From Spirochaetota bacterium (GTDB lineage Bacteria; Spirochaetota; UBA4802; JAFGJZ01), in assembly GCA_023396665.1 (NCBI GenBank), contig JAEWVL010000133.1:1-32558 (forward strand): a stretch of 32,558 nt of DNA, in the 5' to 3' direction. The position numbers and the translations under genes were made by a program. Of this stretch, positions 15,946 to 24,270 are shown piece by piece. A model generated the notes under the pieces. It had not been told where the DNA came from. It saw only the letters and a list, made by a program, of their open reading frames with translations, and made no database searches. Within the stretch, counting starts at the first letter, position 1; every line of letters begins with the position of its first letter.

Positions 15946-16845
15946 ATGTTTAAAAAACGGAATAATGGTACAAGCGTTTCGCCTTGCGAACGAAAGGGGG
16001 GGGATACGGCGAAGTGCAAGGCTCATGCTGATTGTGCGATGATACTCCTCGGTTTACTATTGCTGTCTCTGCCGTCATTCGCGTATGCCGGCACGAAAGC
16101 GACGATGGCCAGCTGGCAGTATTCAGCGGGAGAAGTGATGGCGAAAACCTCAGGCCCTGTCGCAAAATGGAGATTTACCGGAGGCATTACGGGAGTCGTG
16201 ATGCCGGCCTACGAAGGAAGTGATAAGATGGAAATCGCTCCCGGAGCCTTTTTTGATCTTCGTTACCGTGATATCGCCTTTCTTTCTTCAGGCGAGGGTA
16301 TCGGTATCAATCTTCTCAGGGGAGACACTTACAGAGCCGGAGTAGCGATGAATTATGATCCCGGCAGAGATGAGGACTCCGATTCTCACATCGACAACAT
16401 GGGGGATATTGCCTTCGCGCCGGAAGCGAATGCTTTCGCTCAGATCTACGTCATGCCGCTGGCTCTGACGCTGGATGTAAAAAGAACGATCGGAGGAATA
16501 GACGGCTGGTCGGGAAATCTGGGCGCATATATGCCTCTGTCCTTTGGCAGAAAGTTTCTGCTCTTTGCCGGTCCGTCACTGTCTGTAGCGGATCAAAACT
16601 ATATGAACAGAGGATTCGGCGTCACCGAGTCACAGTCCGCCGATTCGGGATTAACAGAATATGACGCAAACGCGGGCATTAAAAATGTGAATTTCGGGAT
16701 AACAGCCATATTCTTTCTTACGGAGCGCTGGTTTATCAGTGCGGAAATAGCCTATGAAAGACTGCTTTTCGATGCGGCAGACAGCCCGCTCACACAGAAT
16801 AAGAATCAGCTTGCGGGGGATATCAGTATAGCTGTTTGTCTGTGA
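15946..16845 (+). CDS. MipA/OmpV-family outer-membrane scaffold protein
   Basis: The start is moved to the ATG at 15946, which has AAGGAG at good spacing (the 15940 ATG abuts the SD). Signal peptide ILLGLLLLSLPSFAYAG. MipA-like features: FAPEANAFAQIYVMP..., GPSLSVADQNYMNRGFGVT, YDANAGIKNVNFGITAIFFLTERWFISAEIAYERLL..AADSPL. Confidence 0.75.
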   Translation: MFKKRNNGTSVSPCERKGGDTAKCKAHADCAMILLGLLLLSLPSFAYAGTKATMASWQYSAGEVMAKTSGPVAKWRFTGGITGVVMPAYEGSDKMEIAPGAFFDLRYRDIAFLSSGEGIGINLLRGDTYRAGVAMNYDPGRDEDSDSHIDNMGDIAFAPEANAFAQIYVMPLALTLDVKRTIGGIDGWSGNLGAYMPLSFGRKFLLFAGPSLSVADQNYMNRGFGVTESQSADSGLTEYDANAGIKNVNFGITAIFFLTERWFISAEIAYERLLFDAADSPLTQNKNQLAGDISIAVCL

Positions 16846-16971
16846 TTTCACATGTGTATTGAGCGATTGTCAGCACTGTGCGTTTGGCCGACTCAGGATA
16901 GTGGTTTGTGCGTTAAAAAGGCAAAAAAATCATTCAATCCTATACGATAGCTGTATTTCCGGACAGTGTTA

Positions 16972-16980
16972 TGTTATAAT
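16972..16980 (+). promoter_or_regulatory. extended -10 promoter element (TGTTATAAT) upstream of the GH30 gene
   Basis: TGnTATAAT is read at 16972..16980, about 38 nt before the ATG at 17018, which has an AAAGGAG Shine-Dalgarno. Confidence 0.35.
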
Positions 16981-17017
16981 TTCTCCTGTATCTGAGGAAT
17001 AGTCAAAAGGAGATTTC

Positions 17018-18445
17018 ATGAAACGGTTGATAGCAACTCTTGCTTCGTTACTATTTGCTGCCGCCTGTTCGGAAACAGGAGCAGAAGCGGGAAGCACAAT
17101 TGCGGAAAAAAATGTAACATTCATAATTACAAGCGGTGATACAATTCGTGCCGAGAAAAACAATCTCGTAAAATCACCCGCATCGGCGAAAGCTGATTTC
17201 AGCGTCGATACAACGGCAGTGAAACACGCAATTACGGGGTTCGGAGCTTCGTTCAACGAACAGGGCTGGGCTGCGCTCGGAGTACTCGACGAGAACAGCA
17301 GGCAAAAGGTTCTTGCCTCGATATTCGGCGCGGGTGAAGCGAACCTCTCGTACGGAAGAATTCCCGTAGGTGCCAGTGATTATGCGCTCGAGCGCTATAC
17401 GCTCGCACCCGTCAAAGACGATTTCGAAATGGCGCATTTCACGATCGAGCGCGATCAGAAATATCTGATCCCCTATATCAAGGCGGCACAGGCGATCCGC
17501 CCCGACATCAAGCTCTGGGCCTCTGCGTGGAGCCCTCCTGTCTGGATGAAAGATAACAACGAATACGAGGGGGGAAACTTTATCGATGATCCGAGGTACT
17601 ATAAGGCCTACGCGCTCTATCTCGCGAGCTTCGCCGAAGAGTACGCAAAGCTGGGCATGAACATCACGTCTATCGCCGTACAGAATGAACCGACGGTTGT
17701 GACCGGTTACCCGAACGGGGGCTGGAAGCCGGAACAGTACCGCACCTTCATAAAAGATTTTATGGGCCCGCTTTTCACCGGGCGCAAGCTTTCCACCAAG
17801 ATCATGCTCGGAACATTCAATGATCCGCAATATGAAACCTTCGCAAAAACCGTTCTCGACGATGCGGAGGCAAAAAAATATGTCGGCATCATCGGGCTGC
17901 AGTGGGACGGCGATCAGCAGATTGCAGCCATTTTGAAAAATCATCCCGGAATTCCCATCATGCAGACCGAGACTGACTGCGGCAACTGGCACTGGAAGCC
18001 CGGTTTTATTCCCGACAAAGCCCCGAATGATTTCAAATATGCCGCCTACACATGGACCCGCATGAAAAGTTACCTTTCCGCCGGGGCAGAAAGCTATATG
18101 CTCTGGAATATTGTACTGGATCAGGATGGAAAGAACATCGATAAGATCAGGCGCTGGCCGCAGAACAGCGGCATAGTCATCAATACGAATACCAAAGCGA
18201 TTACCTATACGCCGATGTTCAGGGCATTCGAACATTTCAGCCGCTATATACCGGCTGGATCAAGATATGCCGTCACAAAGGGCCCGTATGCTGCAGCGCT
18301 CGCCTTTGTCACTCCCGACGGCAGCATTGTCGTGGAACTGATGAACGCCGCTTCGAAAAAGCGGACTGTCACCGGCAGTATAGACGGAAAACTTTATTCG
18401 GTGGAGATGCCTCCCGAAAGCTTTGCGACGCTTATTGTGAAATGA
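17018..18445 (+). CDS. glycoside hydrolase family 30 (glucosylceramidase / beta-1,6-glucanase / xylanase-type) lipoprotein
   Basis: 475-aa ORF with lipoprotein signal MKRLIATLASLLFAAAC. GH30 hallmarks: ITGFGASFNEQG, IPVGASDY, LWASAWSPPVWMK, ITSIAVQNEP (acid/base Glu region), and MQTETDCG (nucleophile Glu region). Confidence 0.85.
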   Translation: MKRLIATLASLLFAAACSETGAEAGSTIAEKNVTFIITSGDTIRAEKNNLVKSPASAKADFSVDTTAVKHAITGFGASFNEQGWAALGVLDENSRQKVLASIFGAGEANLSYGRIPVGASDYALERYTLAPVKDDFEMAHFTIERDQKYLIPYIKAAQAIRPDIKLWASAWSPPVWMKDNNEYEGGNFIDDPRYYKAYALYLASFAEEYAKLGMNITSIAVQNEPTVVTGYPNGGWKPEQYRTFIKDFMGPLFTGRKLSTKIMLGTFNDPQYETFAKTVLDDAEAKKYVGIIGLQWDGDQQIAAILKNHPGIPIMQTETDCGNWHWKPGFIPDKAPNDFKYAAYTWTRMKSYLSAGAESYMLWNIVLDQDGKNIDKIRRWPQNSGIVINTNTKAITYTPMFRAFEHFSRYIPAGSRYAVTKGPYAAALAFVTPDGSIVVELMNAASKKRTVTGSIDGKLYSVEMPPESFATLIVK

Positions 18446-18465
18446 TTGAGACATGAATTGATTTT

Positions 18466-18502
18466 CCGGCAATGCGGACAAAACACAATTTCGCATTGCC
18501 GG
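18466..18502. terminator. 11-bp stem hairpin downstream of the GH30 gene (no clear U-tract)
   Basis: CCGGCAATGCG (18466..18476) pairs with CGCATTGCCGG (18492..18502), with a 15-nt loop, 21 nt after the GH30 stop. Confidence 0.4.
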
Positions 18503-18613
18503 TCCGTCGTGATATCCGGGATATTTTTCTTGTAATTTTTCGGGGTAGATCTGCGTAGAGTCTAATCAAAGAAAATTCCTTACTAAATTACTGAAAAAAT
18601 GCCGGAGACATGT

Positions 18614-18758
18614 ATGGAGCCTCTTTCTGTTCTGAAACAGCAATATGAAGACTTGATCGCGAAAGGCCTCAACCTTAACATCGAAAGGGGACAGCCAGCC
18701 GACGAGAACTTCGATATTGCCAACCCCATGCTCACCATTGTTGATGAAGACGATTCGC
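18614..18758 (+). pseudogene. possible 5' remnant (about 48 codons) of a PLP-dependent aminotransferase gene, truncated at the 3' end of cysK
   Basis: ATG at 18614 with GGAGA 5 nt upstream. MEPLSVLKQQYEDLIAKGLNLNIERGQPADENFDIANPMLTIVDEDDS resembles, from memory, the N-terminus of a class I/II aminotransferase subfamily (...YEEFKAKGLKLDMSRGKP..EQLDLSN.ML.). From 18759 onward the frame is simply antisense to cysK. Confidence 0.3.
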
Positions 18759-19682
18759 TTACTCTTCAAACAGCCAGGTGGAAAGGTAGCGCTCGCCTGA
18801 ATCGGGCAAAAGCGCAACAATGGTCTTTCCGCTTGTTTCGGGGCGTTTCGCCACTTCAAGAGCCGCCCACAAAGCCGCGCCGCTTGATATGCCCACGAGA
18901 ATTCCCTCTTTCGCCGCAAGTTCCCGCGCTGCCGCACCTGCATCGCTGTGTGTGACCTGAATTATCTCATCTATGACATCCGTATTGAGTACGGCGGGAA
19001 CAAAGCCCGCGCCTATGCCCTGAATCTTGTGCGGTCCGGGATTTCCCCCCGAAAGAACCGGCGAATCGACCGGTTCAACGGCAATGACCCTGATTTCCGG
19101 TTTTTTCTTTTTCAGCGCTTCACCGACACCGGTGATGGTGCCGCCGGTGCCGACGCCGCTGATAAATATATCTATGGCGCCGTCGGTATCGCGCCAGATC
19201 TCTTCGGCGGTCGTTCTGCGGTGCATCCCGGGGTTGGCGGGGTTATCAAACTGTCCGGGAATATAGCTGTTCGGAATCTCTGCGGCGAGCTCATCGGCTC
19301 TGGCAATGGCGCCTTTCATCCCTTTGGCGCCTTCTGTCAGAACCAGTTCCGCACCGAGAATCTTCAGCAGCTGACGACGTTCAAGGCTCATCGTGTCGGG
19401 CATGGTCAGAATCAGCCGGTATCCCTTCGCAGCCGAGATAAAAGATAGCGCGATGCCGGTATTGCCGCTGGTCGGTTCAATGATTGTCGTATCTTTGTTT
19501 ATCAGGCCTTTTTTTTCGGCATCTTCGATGAGTGCCATTCCGACGCGGTCCTTCACGCTTGAAAGAGGGTTAAAGGATTCGAGCTTCACCAGCAGCGTCG
19601 CGTTCGATTGGTTAAAACGTTTGATCTTTACAAGCGGAGTATTGCCGATTGTTTCTGTGATGCTGTTGAATATTCGTGACAT
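18759..19682 (-). CDS. cysK: cysteine synthase A (O-acetylserine sulfhydrylase)
   Basis: 307-aa ORF. Contains [10 protein letters not shown], the PLP-lysine motif [38 protein letters not shown], and the C-terminal [11 protein letters not shown]. Confidence 0.9.
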   Translation of the reverse strand: MSRIFNSITETIGNTPLVKIKRFNQSNATLLVKLESFNPLSSVKDRVGMALIEDAEKKGLINKDTTIIEPTSGNTGIALSFISAAKGYRLILTMPDTMSLERRQLLKILGAELVLTEGAKGMKGAIARADELAAEIPNSYIPGQFDNPANPGMHRRTTAEEIWRDTDGAIDIFISGVGTGGTITGVGEALKKKKPEIRVIAVEPVDSPVLSGGNPGPHKIQGIGAGFVPAVLNTDVIDEIIQVTHSDAGAAARELAAKEGILVGISSGAALWAALEVAKRPETSGKTIVALLPDSGERYLSTWLFEE

Positions 19683-19759
19683 AAAGCCTCCCGTGCCGCT
19701 GTGTACCTGTAATTGTATGGAAATACTTGTAAATCCGGTAAATCAATATAATTACTATC

Positions 19760-19787
19760 ATAATAGTAGAGAATAAAGGATTGTCAA
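19760..19787 (-). promoter_or_regulatory. sigma-70-type promoter for cysK (TTGACA-N16-TATTAT)
   Basis: On the minus strand, TTGACA is at 19787..19782 and TATTAT at 19765..19760, about 78 nt upstream of the cysK ATG. Confidence 0.45.
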
Positions 19788-19791
19788 CAAC

Positions 19792-19916
19792 TATAGCATT
19801 TCACGAATGAAAAAAAGAAACGGAACTGCGCAGGAATAAATTTTCTACATGATTTACTACCAAATTCAAGATATTCCGTAGAGCAGTTCGGTTTCTTCTA
19901 ATCGTGAAATGCTATA
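19792..19916. repeat. ~125-bp imperfect inverted repeat (long composite hairpin) in the cysK / metY divergent intergenic region
   Basis: The outer arms TATAGCATTTCACGA (19792..19806) and TCGTGAAATGCTATA (19902..19916) pair at 15/15. The inner arms AGAAACGGAACTGC (19816..19829) and GCAGTTCGGTTTCT (19883..19896) pair at 13/14. The innermost GGAATA (19833..19838) pairs with TATTCC (19872..19877), leaving a 33-nt AT-rich loop. Confidence 0.6.
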
Positions 19917-20012
19917 AGCGTAAATCAGCGGCGTCGGCGCGCTTAATTTTTACCATTTTAGATTATTCCGGGTGTTTCAATGATTTATTTACTATTAAAA
20001 CGATAATATTAC

Positions 20013-20041
20013 TTGACATTAAATTGTCCCGCTTCTTATAT
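20013..20041 (+). promoter_or_regulatory. sigma-70-type promoter for the O-acetylhomoserine sulfhydrylase operon (TTGACA-N17-TTATAT)
   Basis: TTGACA at 20013..20018 and TTATAT at 20036..20041, leaving a leader of about 70 nt with an AAGGAG Shine-Dalgarno before the ATG at 20119. Confidence 0.5.
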
Positions 20042-20118
20042 ACCGGATATACGCTGGCATGAAAAGGATCGATAGACCTTTATAGCAGGCGACTGTCAGA
20101 GTATAAAGGAGCACTGCC

Positions 20119-21417
20119 ATGTCAGAAAAAAAATACGGATTCAACACACTCTCTCTGCATGCCGGACAGGTTCCTGATCCGGCTACCGGAGCACGCGGCC
20201 TTGCGGTCTATCGCACTTCCTCGTTTGTATTCAACAGCACGCAGCATGCGGCAGATCTTTTCGCGCTCAGGGAACCCGGCAACATTTACTCGCGGCTCGG
20301 ACACCCGACAAACGATGTGCTCGAACAGCGTGTGAGCGCACTCGAGGGCGGGGCGGCCTCTGTCGCCGTCGCATCGGGCACCAGCGCGATACACTATACC
20401 ATTATCACCATCGCCGCCCATGGTGATGAAATCGTTTCAGCGAACAATCTTTACGGCGGAACCTATACCATGTTCGATTCGATACTGCCGCAGTTCGGTA
20501 TCAGCACGAAATTCGTCGATCCGAAAGATCCGCAGAATTTCGAGAAGGCGATCACCCCGAAAACGAAACTTCTGTATCTTGAGGCGATCGGCAACCCGGT
20601 GCTTGATTTCGTCGATGTGAAGGCGATCGCCGATATTGCGCATAAGCACGGCCTGCCGCTTGTCGTCGATTCGACCTTCACCACACCCTATCTTTTCAGG
20701 GCGATCGAGCATGGCGCCGATATCGTCGTCAATTCGCTGACCAAGTGGCTCGGCGGCCACGGCGCGGCGATCGGCGGCATAGTTACCGATTCGGGCAGGT
20801 TCAACTGGAAGAGTGAAAAATTTCCCCTGTTCGATCGGCCCGATTCAAATTATCACGGTCTTCGATGGGCGCATGATCTGCCCGAACCGCTGGCTCCCAT
20901 TGCTTTCGCGCTGCGTTTCCGCACGGTACCCTTGCGAAATCTCGGTGCATGTCTTTCTCCCGACAACGCATGGATTTTTCTGCAGGGCATCGAGACGCTC
21001 GCCCTGCGTGTCGCGCGGCATTGCGAGAACGCGCAGAAGGTCGCCGAGTATCTCAAAAATGATTCCCGGGTTTCATGGGTGCGCTACCCGGGGCTTCCGG
21101 GTGATCCCTCGCATGAGCTTGCGAAGAAGTATCTGAAAAAAGGTTTCGGCGGTATGGTGGTTTTCGGCATCAGGGGGGGATACCAAGCCGCGGTGAAATT
21201 CATCGATGCTGTGAAGCTCTTCTCTCATCTGGCCAATGTCGGTGATGCGAAAAGTCTGGTGCTGCATCCCGCGTCGACCTCCCACTCGCAGCTCAGCGAG
21301 GAGCAGCAGCTTTCGGGCGGTCTCAGTCCCGATCTGATTCGTCTTTCGATAGGTCTTGAGGATATCGAAGATATCATCGATGCGCTCGACGCGGCGCTCA
21401 CCATTTCACAGAAATAG
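20119..21417 (+). CDS. metY: O-acetylhomoserine (thiol)-lyase / O-acetylhomoserine sulfhydrylase (Cys/Met-metabolism PLP enzyme)
   Basis: 432-aa ORF. Contains GFNTLSLHAGQ.PD..TGA....YRTSSFVF, the PLP-lysine context VNSLTKWLGGHG, HLANVGDAKSLVLHPASTSHSQL, and LIRLSIGLEDIEDII. Confidence 0.9.
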   Translation: MSEKKYGFNTLSLHAGQVPDPATGARGLAVYRTSSFVFNSTQHAADLFALREPGNIYSRLGHPTNDVLEQRVSALEGGAASVAVASGTSAIHYTIITIAAHGDEIVSANNLYGGTYTMFDSILPQFGISTKFVDPKDPQNFEKAITPKTKLLYLEAIGNPVLDFVDVKAIADIAHKHGLPLVVDSTFTTPYLFRAIEHGADIVVNSLTKWLGGHGAAIGGIVTDSGRFNWKSEKFPLFDRPDSNYHGLRWAHDLPEPLAPIAFALRFRTVPLRNLGACLSPDNAWIFLQGIETLALRVARHCENAQKVAEYLKNDSRVSWVRYPGLPGDPSHELAKKYLKKGFGGMVVFGIRGGYQAAVKFIDAVKLFSHLANVGDAKSLVLHPASTSHSQLSEEQQLSGGLSPDLIRLSIGLEDIEDIIDALDAALTISQK

Positions 21418-21462
21418 GTTTTAAGTGATTACTTTGTTCAATTCCGTACAATCCGGAGGAAT

Positions 21463-21909
21463 ATGAAATTATCCACGCGTTCGCGTTACGGTCTGCGGCT
21501 GCTCGTTGATCTTGCGATGAAACAGAATGAGGGACCGGTGCAGCTTTCATCAGTCGCGAGAACTGAAAATATTTCTGAAAAATATCTCGGGCAGCTTGTC
21601 ATACAACTGAAAACCGCCGGTCTTATACGCTCCGAACGCGGTAAAAACGGGGGCTATTATCTTGCCCGTAAACCAAAAGAGATGAATCTGCGCGAGATTG
21701 TCGAGAAGCTCGAAGGTGATCTGTGCATCGTGGAATGTGTCGGGAATCCGCAAGACTGCGAGCGCATCGCCTTCTGCGTTACCCGCGATGTCTGGAAAGA
21801 CATCGCCGATCTTATCGCAAAAAAACTCGAGAAGATCAGCCTGCAGGATCTTGTCGACAGAATTCACAAGTCGGGAAATGCCAATCATTACGACAGTTTG
21901 CGGTTTTGA
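21463..21909 (+). CDS. Rrf2-family transcriptional regulator with an IscR-like Cys set (C88, C92, C99, C105)
   Basis: 148-aa ORF. MKLSTRSRYGLRLLVDLA....GPVQLSSVARTENISEKYLGQLVIQLKTAGLIRSERGKNGGYYLAR is a canonical Rrf2 wHTH. CIVECVGNPQDCERIAFC supplies candidate Fe-S ligands. It lies 45 nt downstream of metY and is probably co-transcribed. Confidence 0.85.
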   Translation: MKLSTRSRYGLRLLVDLAMKQNEGPVQLSSVARTENISEKYLGQLVIQLKTAGLIRSERGKNGGYYLARKPKEMNLREIVEKLEGDLCIVECVGNPQDCERIAFCVTRDVWKDIADLIAKKLEKISLQDLVDRIHKSGNANHYDSLRF

Positions 21910-22023
21910 TTGCCGGGTATAGAAACCGCATCTGTTGGCGTATCAGTTCAAAGAGGCGGGGGGATACGTATCCGCCCCTTCCTGGTGTGATATGCGATCA
22001 ATCCCTGGAAGGGGTGAGCTTCT

Positions 22024-24132
22024 TCAGCCTTGATTTTCGATGTATTCGATGAGACCCTCAAGATTTGTGCGCGATTCAAGAAGTTTGATGAAGGCTTCCT
22101 GCGAGCACAGGCGACCCATCGTTGAGAGCGTTTCCAGATGCGATTTCGCGTTCGAAGAGACAAGAAAAATTGCGCAGAACGCGGCAATTCCGTCGGGAGC
22201 TCCGAAATCGACCGCTGAATCGAGGTAGCAGACCGATATAAACTCGGGAATATCTTTTGCGGCAATCGGGTTTCTCGGGTGAGGAAACGCGATTCCTTTT
22301 CCCATACCGGTGCCCATCATCAATTCACGCTCGAGAATCGCATCGCTGAGCTGTGAGCGATGCTCTTCCCGTTGAATGCCGAAAAGCGGAATCGCCTCTC
22401 GAATCACCTCACACGAGTCTTTGCCGCCGGCCAGTGTATGCACGCCGCCGAGGCGGAGTTTTGAACTTATTGTCGGAGCTTCGATACCGAGCACCAGTTT
22501 CGCGCGATCAATCGCCTCGTGAATATTGGCTTTGATGTTATCTATGCCGATTGTCTTGTCGAGTCCCGTCTGCCTGATGACATCCAGAGTCTGACTGTGA
22601 ACACCGGAGAGGATCAGCGTGACACCACGTTTTGCCGAGTCTTTGCAGATGTCTTCGAGAAGGCGAATGCCCGACGAGTCGATCGCCTGTACGTGGCGCA
22701 TGCGAAGAATGCGCACCTTCGGAGGTTTCTCGACGCGCAGCATCTCGTCCTTGAATTTCTCGGCCGCACCGAAGAAAAAGGCGCCGTTGATCTCGTATAT
22801 CTCCACACCGGCGGGCACGTCGATGCGGGCTATCGAGAGGGGATCGTTGATCTCTTTTTCTTCTATATATTCATCACGTATGACACTGATGCTCGCGACC
22901 TGACTCATTCGGCGCATGAAAAGAAACAGCGCGAGCAGCATGCCGACCTGTATCGCTACGGTAAGATCGAGAATGACGGTAAGAAAAAATGTTGTGAGCA
23001 GTACCAGCACATCGCTTTTCGGACATCGCAAAATAGCCTTAAACGAGCGCCACTCACTCATGTTGTACGAGACGATCAGAAGTATTCCCGCAAGACACGA
23101 CATCGGAATGAGCGCCGCAAGATTGCCGAGAAACAGGAGTACGAGCAGCAGTACGATTGCGTGAACGATACCCGCAACCGGCGTTCGTCCGCCGTTTTTA
23201 ATGTTGGTCGCTGTTCTGGCGATGGCGCCGGTCGCCGGTATCCCCCCGAATAAACCGGAGCCGATGTTGGCAAGCCCCTGTGCGATGAGTTCGGTATTCG
23301 AGTTGTGTTTTTTGCCGATCATGCCGTCGGCGACGACCGCCGAAAGCAGCGATTCGATACCCGCAAGTATCGCTATCGTAATCGCCGGAGAGATAAGCTG
23401 TTGAATGCGCTGCATGCTGAGTGCTGGAAAAACCGGCATCGGCAGCGATGTGGGTATGGCGCCGAAGCGTTTGCCGATCGTTTCGACGGGTATGTTAAAA
23501 ATGCTTACGACGGCGGTGGCGATGATGAGGGCGATGAGCGCGCCGGGAATCTGTTTGTTGAATCTCTGCCACACGACGATGATGATGATCGTGCACGCGC
23601 CGATAGCCAGCGACCAGGGGTCGATGTGGTTTATCATTTTTGCGTATGCAATCCATTTATGTATAAATTCGGCGGGAACCTTGTCGATGCCGAGGCCGAA
23701 AAAATCGTTCATCTGCGTACTGAAAATGGTCAGTGCGATACCGCTGGTAAAGCCGACAACCACAGGGTAGGGAATAAACTGTATTACCGATCCGAACTTC
23801 ATCAGTCCCATCAGTACGAGCAGTATGCCGGCCATGATGGTGGCGATGATTAGGCCGTCGATACCGTGGTTCAGGAGAATACCGTAGACTATGACGATGA
23901 AGGCTCCGGTCGGACCGCCGATCTGTACGTCACTGCCGCCGAGCAGGGCGATGATGAATCCCGCGATAATCGCGGTGAAGAGTCCTTTCTCGGGACCGAC
24001 CCCGGAGGCTATTGCGAAGGCGATAGCGAGGGGTATGGCGACGACACCGACGATTACTCCGGCGATGACATCGTTGAAGAACTGTTTTCTTGTGATAGTC
24101 CGAATGCTGTCAAAGAACCTGGGACGAAACAT
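22024..24132 (-). CDS. SulP-family anion transporter fused to STAS and a C-terminal PTS EIIA type-2 (Ntr/fructose-type) domain
   Basis: 702-aa ORF with AGGAGG upstream. The N-terminal ~400 aa are polytopic, with SulP signatures (AGVIVGVVAIPLAIAFAIASGV, GPTGAFIV, GGIPATGAIARTATNIKNGGRTPVAG). The STAS region is YEINGAFFFGAAEKF...LRMRHVQAIDSSGIRLLEDI...GVTLILSGV. The last ~150 aa (ILERELMMGTGMGKGIAFPHPRNP...AIFLVSS) look like PTS_EIIA_2 with a candidate phospho-His in FPHPR. Confidence 0.85.
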   Translation of the reverse strand: MFRPRFFDSIRTITRKQFFNDVIAGVIVGVVAIPLAIAFAIASGVGPEKGLFTAIIAGFIIALLGGSDVQIGGPTGAFIVIVYGILLNHGIDGLIIATIMAGILLVLMGLMKFGSVIQFIPYPVVVGFTSGIALTIFSTQMNDFFGLGIDKVPAEFIHKWIAYAKMINHIDPWSLAIGACTIIIIVVWQRFNKQIPGALIALIIATAVVSIFNIPVETIGKRFGAIPTSLPMPVFPALSMQRIQQLISPAITIAILAGIESLLSAVVADGMIGKKHNSNTELIAQGLANIGSGLFGGIPATGAIARTATNIKNGGRTPVAGIVHAIVLLLVLLFLGNLAALIPMSCLAGILLIVSYNMSEWRSFKAILRCPKSDVLVLLTTFFLTVILDLTVAIQVGMLLALFLFMRRMSQVASISVIRDEYIEEKEINDPLSIARIDVPAGVEIYEINGAFFFGAAEKFKDEMLRVEKPPKVRILRMRHVQAIDSSGIRLLEDICKDSAKRGVTLILSGVHSQTLDVIRQTGLDKTIGIDNIKANIHEAIDRAKLVLGIEAPTISSKLRLGGVHTLAGGKDSCEVIREAIPLFGIQREEHRSQLSDAILERELMMGTGMGKGIAFPHPRNPIAAKDIPEFISVCYLDSAVDFGAPDGIAAFCAIFLVSSNAKSHLETLSTMGRLCSQEAFIKLLESRTNLEGLIEYIENQG

Positions 24133-24270
24133 GGCATGCCTCCTGGAAGCTTACGGGGCGCATGGTAGAAGCGGCGGCTTATCTGTCAATGAGATATGGT
24201 AATTATATGCAAAAAAGCCATCGCCCTTTGGTGTTAATTGTAATTGAATTTTTTTTAGCGGGCTGTGTGA

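Noticed and set aside
20042-20118. SAM riboswitch, T-box or leader-peptide attenuator upstream of metY; mini-ORFs at 19807..19839 (MKKRNGTAQE) and 20059..20085
   Set aside because: The leader after the predicted promoter is only about 70 nt, too short for a SAM-I or T-box element, and I saw no conserved cores. The mini-ORFs lack SD sequences and contain no Cys/Met regulatory codons.
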